A DNA stretch of 64,000 nt, taken from assembly GCA_044892525.1 (NCBI GenBank), contig CM097885.1:13890001-13954000 (forward strand), in the 5' to 3' direction. The notes beneath the pieces were generated by a model. That model was not told the DNA's origin. It worked only from the letters and a program-made list of their open reading frames with translations, and made no database searches. This stretch comes from Schmidtea polychroa (Eukaryota). The position numbers were made by a program, and so were the translations under genes. Shown in pieces: positions 51,811 to 64,000 of this stretch. How positions within the stretch are numbered: position 1 is the stretch's first letter; each line of letters opens with the position of its first letter.

Positions 51811-53635
51811 GAAAGCAAACCACCGTAATGCAAAATTTTCAGAGGTAAAATTCTTGGAAGCTTTTGAGCTAGAATACAAATGCGATCATATAGTTCCTGT
51901 AAAAGTTAATGTCAAAAGTGAGAACACTTTTATTTTTGAGCCAGATACAGCAATCACAAAAAATCACAATGCAATGCTAATAGACGAGTATGTAATCCCG
52001 ATACGAATTGCAAATTATGAAAATAATAATATAAAAATACATAAAGGTACTAAACTAGGAAAGCTATTTAAAGGAAAAGCAGAACAAATTATTGAAATAA
52101 GTGAGATGTTAATAACAGAGAATACGAGTGAAAACGTTGTCGAACTGGGTCAACCAAATAACATAAAATTCTACGATAAAGTAAAAATTGATAATAAATA
52201 TTTAAATGAAAATCAACAATCACAATTACAAACCTTAATTGATGAATATAACGATGTTTTCGCTAAACATGAATTTGATTTAGGAGATACCGACATCATT
52301 AAACACATGATAGATACAGGTAATGCTAGATCTATAAAACAAAGACCCTATGGAGTACCTTATAAATTGAGGAAGGAAATAAAACGAAAAATTAAAGAAC
52401 TAAATATGCAGGCATAATTAAACAAAGTTTTCACAGTGGGCATCACCAATAGTACCAGTTAGAAAAAAAGATGGAGAAATAAGAATGTACATTGACTATT
52501 GTAAACTAAATGACGTAACAGTAAAAGACTCATACCCATTCCCAAAAGCACAAGAACAATACGATAAATTAAGAGACTCTAAATATTTTTCAGTCATTGA
52601 TGCAAATAAGGGTTATATGCAAATCCAAATGGAGGAAGGGATGCGGAAAAAACAGCTTTTGTCATTGAAGACGACCTATTTGAGTATACAAGATTACCTT
52701 TTGCGTTAACCAATTCACCAGCAACCTTCCAGTGTTTATTGAAAACAATATTAGTAGATGTACAACATTGCGCAATTTAGATGTACGTTATACTAATATC
52801 ATCAAAAACATTTGAGGAACATTTAAAAGACATTACAAACGTATTACAGCAATAAGGAAAGGCAAAGATAAAAATTAAATCAACTAAATGTAAATGGGCG
52901 AGCCCTCAGCGTTATTTTTGGGACATATTGTTAGTGTGGAGGGCATAACACCAAACCCAGATCAAATTAAAGCTGTGAAAAAGTTTCCAGTCGCAAAAAC
53001 ATTACAACAAGTGCAAGGATTTTTAGGTTTAACAGGGTACTATCGTAAATTTTTACAAGACTATGAAATTAGCAGCGCCGATGATAGAATTAACAAAAGG
53101 AATAAAAACCAAGGGAGAAAGTAAAAATGTATTAATAGTACAAAGTAATAACGATAAAATCAATAAACCACAAAAGAAATGGACAGCAAAACATCAAGAA
53201 GCTTTTGATCAACTAAAAGAAAAATTAGTAACTGCACCAATATTAAGATACCCAGACAATTTATAGTTATGACGGACGCCAGCGGGAAGGCCGTAGGGGC
53301 AGGTTTAGGACAAGAAGAAGAAAAAGGTAAAGATTATGTAATAGCTTATGCAAGTAAAACATTAAAAGGTGCACAGTTAAGATATTCAACTATAGAAAAG
53401 GAATGTTATGCCATAGTTTTTGCGCTAAAACAATTTAGGCCATACATATATGCAACATTGGTAGTTATTAAAACAGACCATACACCATTAGAAGGGATAT
53501 GGAAGCATAAGGATACATCAAGTAGATTATTGAAATGCACAATGAAGAATCAAGACATGCATATTAAAATTATATATAAACCCGGAAGGATTAACAGAAA
53601 TGCGGACGCATTATCAAGAATCCCTGAGTTAGGAG
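51811..53635 (+). mobile_element. Gypsy pol remnant (post-protease region, RT, RNase H)
   Basis: DLGDTDIIKHMIDTG..IKQRPY, WASPIVPVRKKDG, GFLGLTGYYRKF, TDASG..IAYASK..YSTIEKECYA..TDH..NADALSR. Confidence 0.9.
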
Positions 53636-53859
53636 TATTAGGATTCTCATCCGTTACAACAATAATATCTTTTTGCAAATCACTAAATAATTCCATAAAT
53701 TTTATTCAATAAATTTTTCTCTCAAAAACCTGTCTTTCTTAGTTTTATTATTAAACAAATTTCAATTTTCCTTTTAAAATATTTTTCGATAAAAATATTT
53801 TTTTTAAATTTAACAAAATTTCTAATTAAATCTTTAAGAATCTATCAACTTCCTCATAA

Positions 53860-55630
53860 TGGCAATTTATTATTGGCCATGGAATTAGTTGCCGAATTTG
53901 ACTCGTTTTTAGCTGCGCATATGGAAAAATATGGAAATCCAGGAAAAGTAGGTACATCATATTTATCGTCAATTGTTTTCGAAGACATTGTAATACTGAT
54001 GGCTGAAAAGTAAAACAACAAATATTTAAGGAATTAAGAGAAGCAAAATATTATTCAATTAGTGTTGACTCCACTCCTGAAATATCACATACTGCTCAAG
54101 TTGCTTTTATTATTCGATATGTAAAAAATGGAGTCCCCGATGAACATATTTTGAAGTTTTTGGAAAATGTAGCGCATAAAGATGAAGAATGGAGAAAGAA
54201 ATTATACAATTTTTAAATAAAAATAAAATTTAACTAAAAAATTGAGAGGACAATCATATGATAATGCTCGAAACATGCCTGGAATTTATTCAGGACTTCA
54301 TGTACGAATTAAGAAAATCAATGAATTAGCTCATTTTATACCTTGTGCAGCACACTCAATGAACTTGGTTGGAAAATTTGCGGCAGATTGTTGTCGAGAT
54401 GCAGCATCCTTTTTCAATTTTTTACAAAAATTCTTTAATTTCTTTTCTTCTTCAACAAGTCGTTGGTTAGTGTTAACTACAACTTTAAAAGGACGAACCA
54501 TAAAATATCTTTATGAAACAAGATGGTCTTGTCGGTATGATGCATGCAAAGCTCTGTATGAAAACTGGGCGGGAATATCTGAAGCTTTAAAAAAATATCA
54601 CAAGATGAAATAGTATCTTCTCAAGTTAGAAGCCAAGCTCAAAATATTAACAAACAAATGAATCGTCTCGAATGTGCTTCTACGATGACATTTTGGAAAT
54701 CTATTTTAGAACGTTTTAATGCTACTAGTTTAAAGTTACAATCCATTGAAAATGATTTATCAATTATTGTTGAGCAATACAAATCCTTGATTGAATTCGT
54801 AAATTCAATGTCAAATTTATATGAAAACTATGAATCTAAAGCCAAAGAAATATCTTTTGTTAAAAGATTTGAAAGAAAACGAGGAAGAAAACGGAAAATG
54901 TTTCATGATGAAATTGAAGAATCGGAATTACATAGCAATCAGAATTTTAAAACCAAAACATTACATGTATTAATTTCATGTCTTAGTGAAGAACTGAAAA
55001 AGAGGCTGAAGCATATGAATTAATTTACAAAAATGTTGTATTTTTAAACAATTGAACGAAATACCAATCTAAATTAATATTAGAAAATGCAGAAAATTTA
55101 TACCAGATACACAAGAACGGTTTAGATGAATGTTTTATGGAAGAATGTGTGCACTTGGGTTCATATTTGAAAGCTAATGAAATTTCTGAAAATTCGATAT
55201 TAGAGCTCAGTAAATTATTATATAGTAAACTGTTTTTCCAAATATAAATATAATCTTATGAATATTTTTGTGCACGCATTTAAGTAACTGTTCTGCGGAA
55301 CGCAGTTTTTCGTTATCGAAAAGATTGAAAACCTATTTAAGATCTAGTATAAAGGAACAACGCTTAAACGATTTAGCTATATTATCAATAGAAACAGATT
55401 TTACATCAAATATAGATTATTCTGATATGATTAATGATTTTGCTGACCAAAAATCAAGGCGAAAATTTTAATGTGTTAAAACGAAGTAAGAAAAGCAATA
55501 TTTTACTTAATTAAAGCATACTCCACTGACATTTTTAATTGTATATTTGTACTTTTTAATTTTTAATATGAATAATGGGGCGAGTTAATATATATTGCCT
55601 AAGGGCGCATAAGATACAAATGCTGCAATG
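53860..55630 (+). mobile_element. Degenerate hAT transposase, paralog of 19560-21190
   Basis: RGQSYDNA, FIPCAAHSMNLV, ETRWS, CSAERSFS. Confidence 0.88.
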
Positions 55631-55844
55631 GAACCAATATATAGTAAGAAATACTGCTGGACATTAATGGAGATATTTTTCAGAAGAAGATAAAATTATT
55701 AATATATTTCCTAGAGATATCGATAACATCAAATTTGTACTGGAATTTAATTAATTTACGATAAATAATTTGTTGCAATAATAATTATTAAAAAAATGTC
55801 AAGTGTTTAAAATGTATTTATAAGAGAATTTGAAAATCACAATC

Positions 55845-55932
55845 ATTGGGATGAGTATTGGTGGTCCTGGGTTGCAGGCTTCAAGCTTGTAGTCGGTTTA
55901 CACCGAAGTGTTTCGATTCCACCTTTCTAACG
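55845..55932 (+). pseudogene. tRNA-Sec pseudogene
   Basis: Aligned to 21405-21491 it keeps TCA but has mismatches in the acceptor, D, anticodon and T stems; upstream TATA altered. Confidence 0.85.
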
Positions 55933-56980
55933 AGTTCTGAAAATTTTCATTTTTACACAATTTTACATATTTGCATTCCATTAATATAATTTCTCTCATA
56001 ATATAATATTATAATTATAATTATTATCAATCCTACTGATTACGGGCCAATTTTGATAATCTCAACTGCGATTACCATGAAGTTGAATTACAATTGCTTT
56101 TACTTGCAAGGGCCACCCTTTATCTCATCATCATATTCTTTAGGTAATCAGTTCTTTTATTTCTGTCATAAAATTTTGAAAATTAAATATAAATATAAAT
56201 TATTCAGTGATAAAATTCATTTATATATCGAAATCAAAATGTGAAAAGAATTAACTACTGATTAATTTATCAGTAGAATTAAATTATCTATAAAATTAAG
56301 TTTTTACTTTATTAATTAATGATGAATTATGTCATTTTATCACAATATATTTATAAATAAAAATTACAAATAAAAAAGTCTGACCTACCTAAGAATGTGT
56401 ATTGAATATATTTTTATCCTTTATATAAAATATTTGATTTCTTATTTAAACATTATGTTGTAATAAAATATGTTATAAAATTATGCATTGCCAATTTAAT
56501 GAGTATAGGCAGTGGCGTAACTAGTGGACGTAGGACCCTGCGTTGCGGGGGCCCATCAGCTATTATTACTAAAATTATTACTAAAAAAATATTTACAATC
56601 ATTTTCTGAAACCTTTTCCCGCAGATATATTTGCCTACAAACAAACTATCATTGAATAGCGGCTGCTGTGAATAACTATGTATTAAACTCTAACCGAAAA
56701 ATGTAAGTGGAAATATTTTACATTGCGCGGGGGGTCCAAAATTTGAAGTTCCGCCACTGAGTTTAGGACAATATCCTCCTGGACAAATACCCCCACTCTT
56801 GTAATGCATATTTTTAGTATGAATATAATAATAAAGACATTGAAGATTATTAACAAGTAAATATAAATTAATTAATTACCCGGGGGATATTGTTATGGGG
56901 ATATTGTCCAGGATGATATTGTTTGGGGATATTGTCCTTATACCCAATTTATTACAATAATTATGCTTGATGAATAAAAT

Positions 56981-58012
56981 TGTTGGGTTTTTAGTTAATT
57001 TAAGTCGGTTACCTCTGACTCCTCGTGTCCTTTAAATCAAAACAATAACGACCCAACGTATATTGAAATAATAAAATTTACAATCTTTTCTCAACACTCA
57101 ATAATAGTCAAAGTTACGTTTGACCGATTGTCCGCTCGGTGTTGATGCTTTGATAAAGATAATATTCACCTTTTATTCCCTTAAGTTCTCTTGACCAACG
57201 TTTTCCTTTTTTCCTTTAATTTGATCCTTTCTCACTCTTTTTATTCTTATTCTATCTCTTCTTTTTCCCTAATTCCCTAAATTCGTTTTTACCTTTTCCT
57301 AAGCTCGATTTCTTCTAACCCTAGCTGAGGCAAAAGGTCGATTTGCTCTGATTTTCCCCTTCCTTATATACTCTTCGAAATCGGGATGACGAATAGTTAT
57401 TGTCGAGCCAATCTTTCACTTGACATTTGCTTTCACGTATCTGCTTTGGCTGTCACCCATAATGGTCCAACGAACAAAGATAATTAATGGCCCGTCCGGC
57501 CTTTCTACACGCACTATCTTCTCCTTGCTCTTTTCCAACTAATCATTGTGTCAAGCTAATGGGCCCAAATCTTCCTTCTGTTTACTTTTCTTCTTGTTTA
57601 CCCAGCTCGGGTTTCCTTCATCTCTCGGGTTCTCCATTGGCTCGGGTTTCCCATTAGCTCGGGTTTTCTATTAGCCAATTAATTAATTAATATACGTTTT
57701 CTATTTGTACACATTTGAATGCTTTTCGACCTTTCCTAACAATTTTATGATAAATCCCTAATCATCATCTTGTTGAACATTAGCTAATCTATACCGCTCC
57801 CGTTTTCCCAATTTGATTTAGATGATTTTACAATTTATTGATTTTTCTCGGATTTCCGGATTCTAGCCTTTCGCAATTGCTTTTGGCATTTTCTAATACT
57901 GCTTCCATCACACTTTCCTTTACTATCAATTCTGCTCATGATCCCGCTTTTATTTGTCTTTTTTCTTACCCTAAATTTCATTTAAATTTATTTTAATTTA
58001 CGGACCTCAACA
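56981..58012. mobile_element. Solo LTR (~1.03 kb)
   Basis: TGTTG...CAACA termini and 4-bp TSD AAAT; empty site visible in the paralogous IR arms (~22700, ~23700). Confidence 0.88.
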
Positions 58013-58176
58013 AAATTGTGATAATATTAATTGACAAATTTGCATCGTTCTGAATTTCATTTAAATAAATTTTTACAAATATAATTCAAAAATACAAAAT
58101 CAAAATAAAAAAACAGAAAAATAATTTTATTGAAAATATGTCTCGCAATCTCCCTTCAGAAAACCTTTCCAACAAT

Positions 58177-58791
58177 CTACCGAAATGATTTACAATTCTT
58201 CAAGTATTCTGATGATAATTTCCCTGCTGCTTCCAATGCCTCGTACAGTCCATCACCAGAAACTGCACAACATGCCTGCAGGTGCCAATTGTGAGTGCGC
58301 TCCAGTTTCGATAATTCTAACCCTTCCACAATTCTACTTGGTGACATGGCATTTGGTAAATCTTGTTAGTTTGCAATCACCACTATTGGAATCTGAATCA
58401 ATGTTAAACATTTCAATTTCCTATCAAATCTAGATTTACATTTCTCATCTCGTCACATTCAGCAATCGTAAATAATTCATCTCTTCATTCCTTCAACCTT
58501 TCCACATCATTGCTGTCCACTACATAAATCAATCCATGACAATTCGTATAGTAATGTCTCCATAACTGTCGAATCTTCTCTTGACCTCCCACATCCCAAA
58601 TTGTGAATTTCAAACCTTTCCCAATTGAGATTTCCTCCACATTGAATGCGATTGTTGGAATCGTTGTCACAGTTTCATTGAGTTTCAATTTGTATAGAAT
58701 TGTGGTTTTACCAGCAGCATCCAATCCCAACATTAGGATTCTCCTTGGATCAGATTGAGACAACTCGTTTAGCAATTTGTATAATCTACTC
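58177..58791 (-). pseudogene. Second ARF/ARL copy, inverted; start codon deleted, premature TGA at 58485-58487
   Basis: Same exons and intron as 22908-23536; keeps DVGGQEKIR; an 88-bp deletion between TTTGA microhomologies removes the ATG-GGA. Confidence 0.88.
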
Positions 58792-58921
58792 AAATTCTCC
58801 ACCGTGGATTGAATGACAACGCGTTTCTAAAAACAGTAATAGAAATTTCAATATTTTCTGATTGGTCATTAAGAATAATTAATGCCATTCTATCAAAGAC
58901 TTAAAAAATAGATTGATAACG

Positions 58922-58999
<78 letters not shown>

Positions 59000-59014
59000 T
59001 ATTATTATTATTAT

Positions 59015-59644
59015 CAGGGTTGCCAACTGTACGCTTTTGAAGCATAACCTACGCTTTTCGTGCAAAAAACAAACATGTATACGTTATACACACGCTTTTC
59101 ATTGATATATGAAAAAATGCTCTTTTAGCTTGCTGGGATAAAAATATCGTCAATTTTTGGTTCGATGGTGTAAAAAAAAATTGCTTTCCAAATTGAAACA
59201 GCAGAATTTTTTCCAAATTCATATTTCAATTTACTTGAAATTTCCAGAAAATCTGTCATAATTACAATGTGATATTTCCTGTATTTTATAAAATTAATTT
59301 TTGAGATGCAGAAATTAAAAAGTAAAATATATAATTTTATTAATTAATAATTTTGTTTAAGTTTTATTAATTGTTGATTGTTATTGCTCTCTATAACCTG
59401 TAAGTAAATTTATAATTCGAATTTCGAAAAGTAATTTTGTTTTGAAATTATAAATTTTGTCTTTTAGAGAGGCCTTTGAAATAAATGCGACAGAAGATAC
59501 TTCCAATTGCAATTTGATTTTGAGATCAACCGGAACAGGTTCAGGTAGTAGTGACAGTAACAGCGAGCTTGAGTATGAGAAAAACAGGACACCCGTAAAA
59601 ATATTTGAAAACGCTTTTGGTCGAATCAAAAGTTGGCAACCCTA
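59015..59644. mobile_element. Non-autonomous hAT-like element inserted in an (ATT)n tract
   Basis: TIRs CAGGGTTGCCAACT / AGTTGGCAACCCTA. Confidence 0.8.
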
Positions 59645-59797
59645 ATTATTATTATTATTATTATTAAAATTATTGGATTTAATTACAATGTAAATGGTGT
59701 GTGCAAATTTTATATTTATAATTAACTATTTAAATAATTAATTATTTAGTGTTATATTATGTTTTTGACTATTTTGTTTTTGTGTGTGGTATGAAGT

Positions 59798-60406
59798 TGT
59801 AATGTTAGATTAGAAATTTGATGAGCCCGAAAGAGTCTCCGTTAAAACTTGTGGCGTGACAATCGGGGTGCGTGTTGTGTAATAACAAGTAAAATAAAAA
59901 ATAATAATAAACGATAATATATATTGGAACAAAAGTTTTATTCAAAATAAAAATTTTAAGACCTTGAGTCCGGGGGTAGTTTAACTAGGATTTGAATCTA
60001 GACCTTTGCCGGGATATAGGACAGTAGGAACTGTAGATTTGCGGTTTAAGATAGATAGGCCTTTGCCTGAATATAGGACTGGAAATTTGTTGTTTAAGAT
60101 AGGTTAATCTGAATTTGATTCCTTTCTTGTGTCTTAATACTGTGTTCAATCAATAAATTAATTGTAGGGTTTTGACTCTTTAGCTCGTACTTAGGATTCT
60201 TATTATTTTTTATTATTATTTTCGAGATTTCAACCTTTATCCTTGTTCTCGTATCCGAACACAAATCCTGGTCTACAAATAGGTGTTGGGCTGAAACCGA
60301 AAACTGAGAGTTTGTTTTAATCGATCGAAAATACCTAACACAAAAACGGCAAAGTTGAAAAGATTTATGACCAAGGTTTAATATAAAATAAATAAAATAA
60401 ATTACA
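59798..60406. mobile_element. Probable LTR
   Basis: TGTAAT...ATTACA termini; shares AGAGTCTCCG..GCGTGT motifs with the LTR at 48680; no TSD seen; part is repeated at ~61900-61976. Confidence 0.4.
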
Positions 60407-62324
60407 TCACACATTAATCCCGTATAATAGAATAAAGAGATAAATAAATTTAACAGAAAAAATTCAACACTTAAAAATTTCGATAGAAAAATAATAAAAT
60501 GTAAAATAGAATTAGTTGAAAATTATTTAAACAATATAAAAATTAAATCGTCAAAATAATAAAATTAGTTAGCATTATGTAAATTGTAAAGTTTATAGAA
60601 TTAAATGGTTATGTAACTTATTAAATTTAAAGATAAAAATGTTTAAATTAATAAAAATTAATATAACTCAAATTATTTAAATTATAAAAGTTATAAAATT
60701 AAAATTAATAAAAATTAAATAATTAATTAATTAAATTAATGAAATTAAAAACAAATAAATAATTGCATGTATGCAAAATTAAGTCAAAATTTCTCGCACT
60801 CTGATTGGATAGAGTGACAGCGCATGCATGAATGCGCATTCAAAATCAGTATAAATACTGATCACAAATTCATTTGAAAAACTTTTTTTTTCAGCACCAC
60901 AATGTAATTTGCAGACAGTAAAGCTCTCAGTTTTCGATTTTATGCCATCGTGGATTTGGTAATTTATTTTTATTCTTATTGTAATTTTTACGAAGTGTTT
61001 TAATTAATAAATTTTATATGCAATTAATGTCTCAGTTAAATTTTCTTTTGTTGTCCTTTTTAATGGTTTAATTTCATTTAGTTTCAAGTTCTAAATAATA
61101 GCCTTTATTGAGTTCAATTATATTATTTGTTGATTGTGAACGATGGTGCCGTGGAATTGAGATCCAGCATATTATGGTTTGGGGTACCTTCGGGACGCTC
61201 AGACTGGTGGGTATGCTGGTTTTTCAATCGCGCAGCTGATTTCGGGCCGAAATGTGGAGGCTTCTCCACGGGTCCGTCGCTGGAAGTACCTTGGTCAAAA
61301 ATAGGTTAGGACTAAGAATACAGGCAGATCCCTGCTCAAATTTCTTGAAGAACAATTTAAATATTATGGGAAGTGTCGGTTAACTTGGAAATAAGGGCCG
61401 ATCCCTGCTCAAATTTTTTGCGAGATAGGTTAAATATTCATAAATATAAAGAAAAATACCTAGCAACCTTTATTAATAGAAAAATAAGGGCGCGTCCCTG
61501 CACAAAATTTTGAAACGAAACAATAGAAAACATCTAGAAATGAGGACAATAGCCGAATGAGATAGAAAAGTAGAAATAGAAAATGATCGATGACGTAAGA
61601 CCTTCTATCGGCCGTCTAGAACCCGAAGAGAAAATACAATGGGGAGTAGTTTTAGCAATAGAGCTCACCTGCTCATTGTTTTTTTCGCCTTTGTGTACAG
61701 TACCAACATGGTCGCCGCCATGGGTACACAAATGGTTTAAAGTACAAAGTCATGGGGGTGCTTAGGAAAGAGTCGAGTGAATACCTGTGATTACCCCTAA
61801 CGTATTTAAAGTTTAAAATGACACACCCCTAAGTAACCAACATAGGTTTGGAATTGAAATGGATGACTTTATTTTCAATTTGCTGCAACTTGCTTTAATT
61901 TTATTATTATTATTTTCGGGATTTCAACCTTTATCCTTGTCTCGTATCTGAACACAAATCCTGGTCTACAAATAGGTTTGGAATTGATCTCTGCTTTTAT
62001 AAGGAACTGGTATGTTTAATTAACGGTTGGAATTGAAATTGAGGACTTTATTTTTAACTTGTTACAACTTGCTTTAATATTAATTTTAATATACGAAATC
62101 TTTTTTTTATCGACTTTTTTTAATTTTTCAATTTCCTATAGCGATAATTTACCATAGTAAATTATCGCTATATAGTTTTTCTGAAAATCTGGATTTTCCA
62201 GATGGTGGTGATTTATGTTATAATATTCACGATTCCTAATCGTGAACGCTGAAATAAAAAAAATAACTATACATTACATTTACTAGAAAAATACACAAAA
62301 ACAAATTCTAATAATAAAATTCTA

Positions 62325-64000
62325 ACTAATAACGTTTATTAAAATTTACAAAAGAAAATCTTTAGATAGAGATCATAAAATCTTTCTAACGTTCATAAAG
62401 TTCATAAAGTTCAAATTTTAATAAATTTAATTCTGCGATCGTTATTTTTTAATTCTTCCTTGACAATTTTTCCCATTGATTTTTTGTTTTTAAAATTTGA
62501 AATTTTAATTTTAATTATGATAATAACAACAACAAACGTGTGACAATAAACATAAGGATCACGTACAGCACAGTCACCAACTAAATTGCAGCACTAACGT
62601 CTCTTGCGAAGGGCATTTAGCATTAAAATCAATAGTTATGTGTAGTTACGAAGGGAAATATGGTAAAGTGTGAGCAACGGCAGGAAAAGGCCGTCATTTT
62701 CAAGGATAAAAATAGATTGTTCTCCCAACTTGTAATCTACCTTTAGAAATAGAACTCACCTCCTTATTTATTTTCAACGACTGTGTACATTCTCAACCTG
62801 GTGATTGAAAAGGTAACCCGTCAAAAGGGCCTCGATAATATGGCCCCAATATTACGGCCCCCAACATAAAGGCCCATGGCAAAACGGCCCTGAAAAAGGG
62901 TCTCTGATATAAGAGTCTTTGGCAAAAACGATCCCTGTCAAAAGGGCCCACGCCAAAAGAACCGCGTAGATTGAAATATTTTTATGTAGATAAGAAATAT
63001 TGTACGTATGTTGACTTCAAAACGACGTCATCTGTAACTTTTTAAGACTGTTTAAAATATGTTCTATACGTTTGTTATTACACATGCATATAGTACCATG
63101 AAATTATTATCATATGGACCAGGAGAAGCCGGAATAGTAAATTTGGCACGAATTTGATCAATCTTGTTAGTGAAAAATTCACGGAATGCGTTTGCAAGAG
63201 TAGATGTATCAGGCTGGTCATGAAGAGAATATGTGTCGGTGAGATAAAATAGATTTTAGGGTTTTCCAGAGCGAGTGTGGATAAGTGTATAGTTCTTGAT
63301 CGTGTATGAAACTTCCGGAAACAGTGTGTTTTTGTATACTCAGTGTTGAAGTGGTTCTATTGGCGAGGGTCCTATTAACAGGGGTCGTTTTTGTCGGGGG
63401 CCTGTATATCATAGGCTCTTTTGCCCGAGGCCTTTATGTCGGAGCCGTTTTTTCAGACCCATAATATTGGGGTCCTTTTAAGGGGTCTTTTGCCCTGGGC
63501 CCTTTTTGACGGGACACCTGTTGGCACGGGTATATTGATGATAACATAGTAAAATATTCATAAATGCTTTTAAGTAAGAGTTGATTACAAATCTATCAGC
63601 GACTCTAGGATATGGAAACAACACACATTCCAGATTCTGAGTTAACTGCCAACCGAAACTCTATTAATATCCAAAAATCTGTAATCTTGACTTGAACAAC
63701 CTTTTACTTCGGATGAACCTAACGAAATTCAGGTTCCAAAATATTTTCTTGTACTCTTTCGAGATCCACCTGGTTGTCTTATTATCTTATATTTTTCATA
63801 TCTTCAGGATTTCAAGATAAATTTCGTTGTTTGTTAAAAAGTAAAATTCATTCATAAAATTTATCATATTTGTGAATTTAAATATAAATTTTCATGAAAT
63901 CTTATTTGTTTAAATAATATTGTATTTGAAAATTTTGCGAATGAAAAAGTGAATAAATTAATGAAATGTTACTTTATTTAATATTAAATCAGGTCACTAG
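62325..64000 (+). repeat. Duplicate of ~26180-27870 (GPS fragment, Mutator-like element, NDC80 upstream region)
   Basis: Colinear homology; the window ends just inside the NDC80-associated exon (CAG|GTCACTAG). Confidence 0.88.

Noticed and set aside
51713..52417. 234-aa ORF as a novel fusion gene
   Set aside because: Chance read-through across antisense gag, an LTR end and a gypsy pol remnant, with a non-ATG start.
60780..60870. CCAAT plus TATA promoter
   Set aside because: Motifs are present but no downstream gene was identified; probably retroelement-derived.

Overview
Very AT-rich eukaryotic (animal) genomic DNA with ~40-75 bp GT-AG introns, long (AAT)n tracts and dense, nested transposon debris. 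The style suggests a triclad flatworm, but this is inference only. Recognisable genes: the 3' nine exons of an OSR1/SPAK (Fray)-type STE20 kinase (3720-11631,+), an apparently intact 5-exon TRAF (29350-30931,-), an intact tRNA-Sec (21405-21491) with a decayed duplicate, two disabled copies of an intron-containing ARF/ARL GTPase, an NDC80 N-terminal fragment, an RNF126/RNF115-like retro-pseudogene and an orphan 4-exon micro-ORF. The rest is Ty3/gypsy remnants, LTRs, hAT/pogo/Mutator-type elements and local segmental duplications. The most striking structure is an ARF cassette between ~0.5-kb inverted repeats that is flipped in a second duplicon, whose arm is a left/right chimera. Also notable are three copies of the kinase terminal exons differing only at synonymous sites, a 31-bp RFX/CCAAT-like array upstream of TRAF and degenerate hammerhead-like motifs. 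All alignments and translations were done by eye, so boundaries may be off by a few bases.
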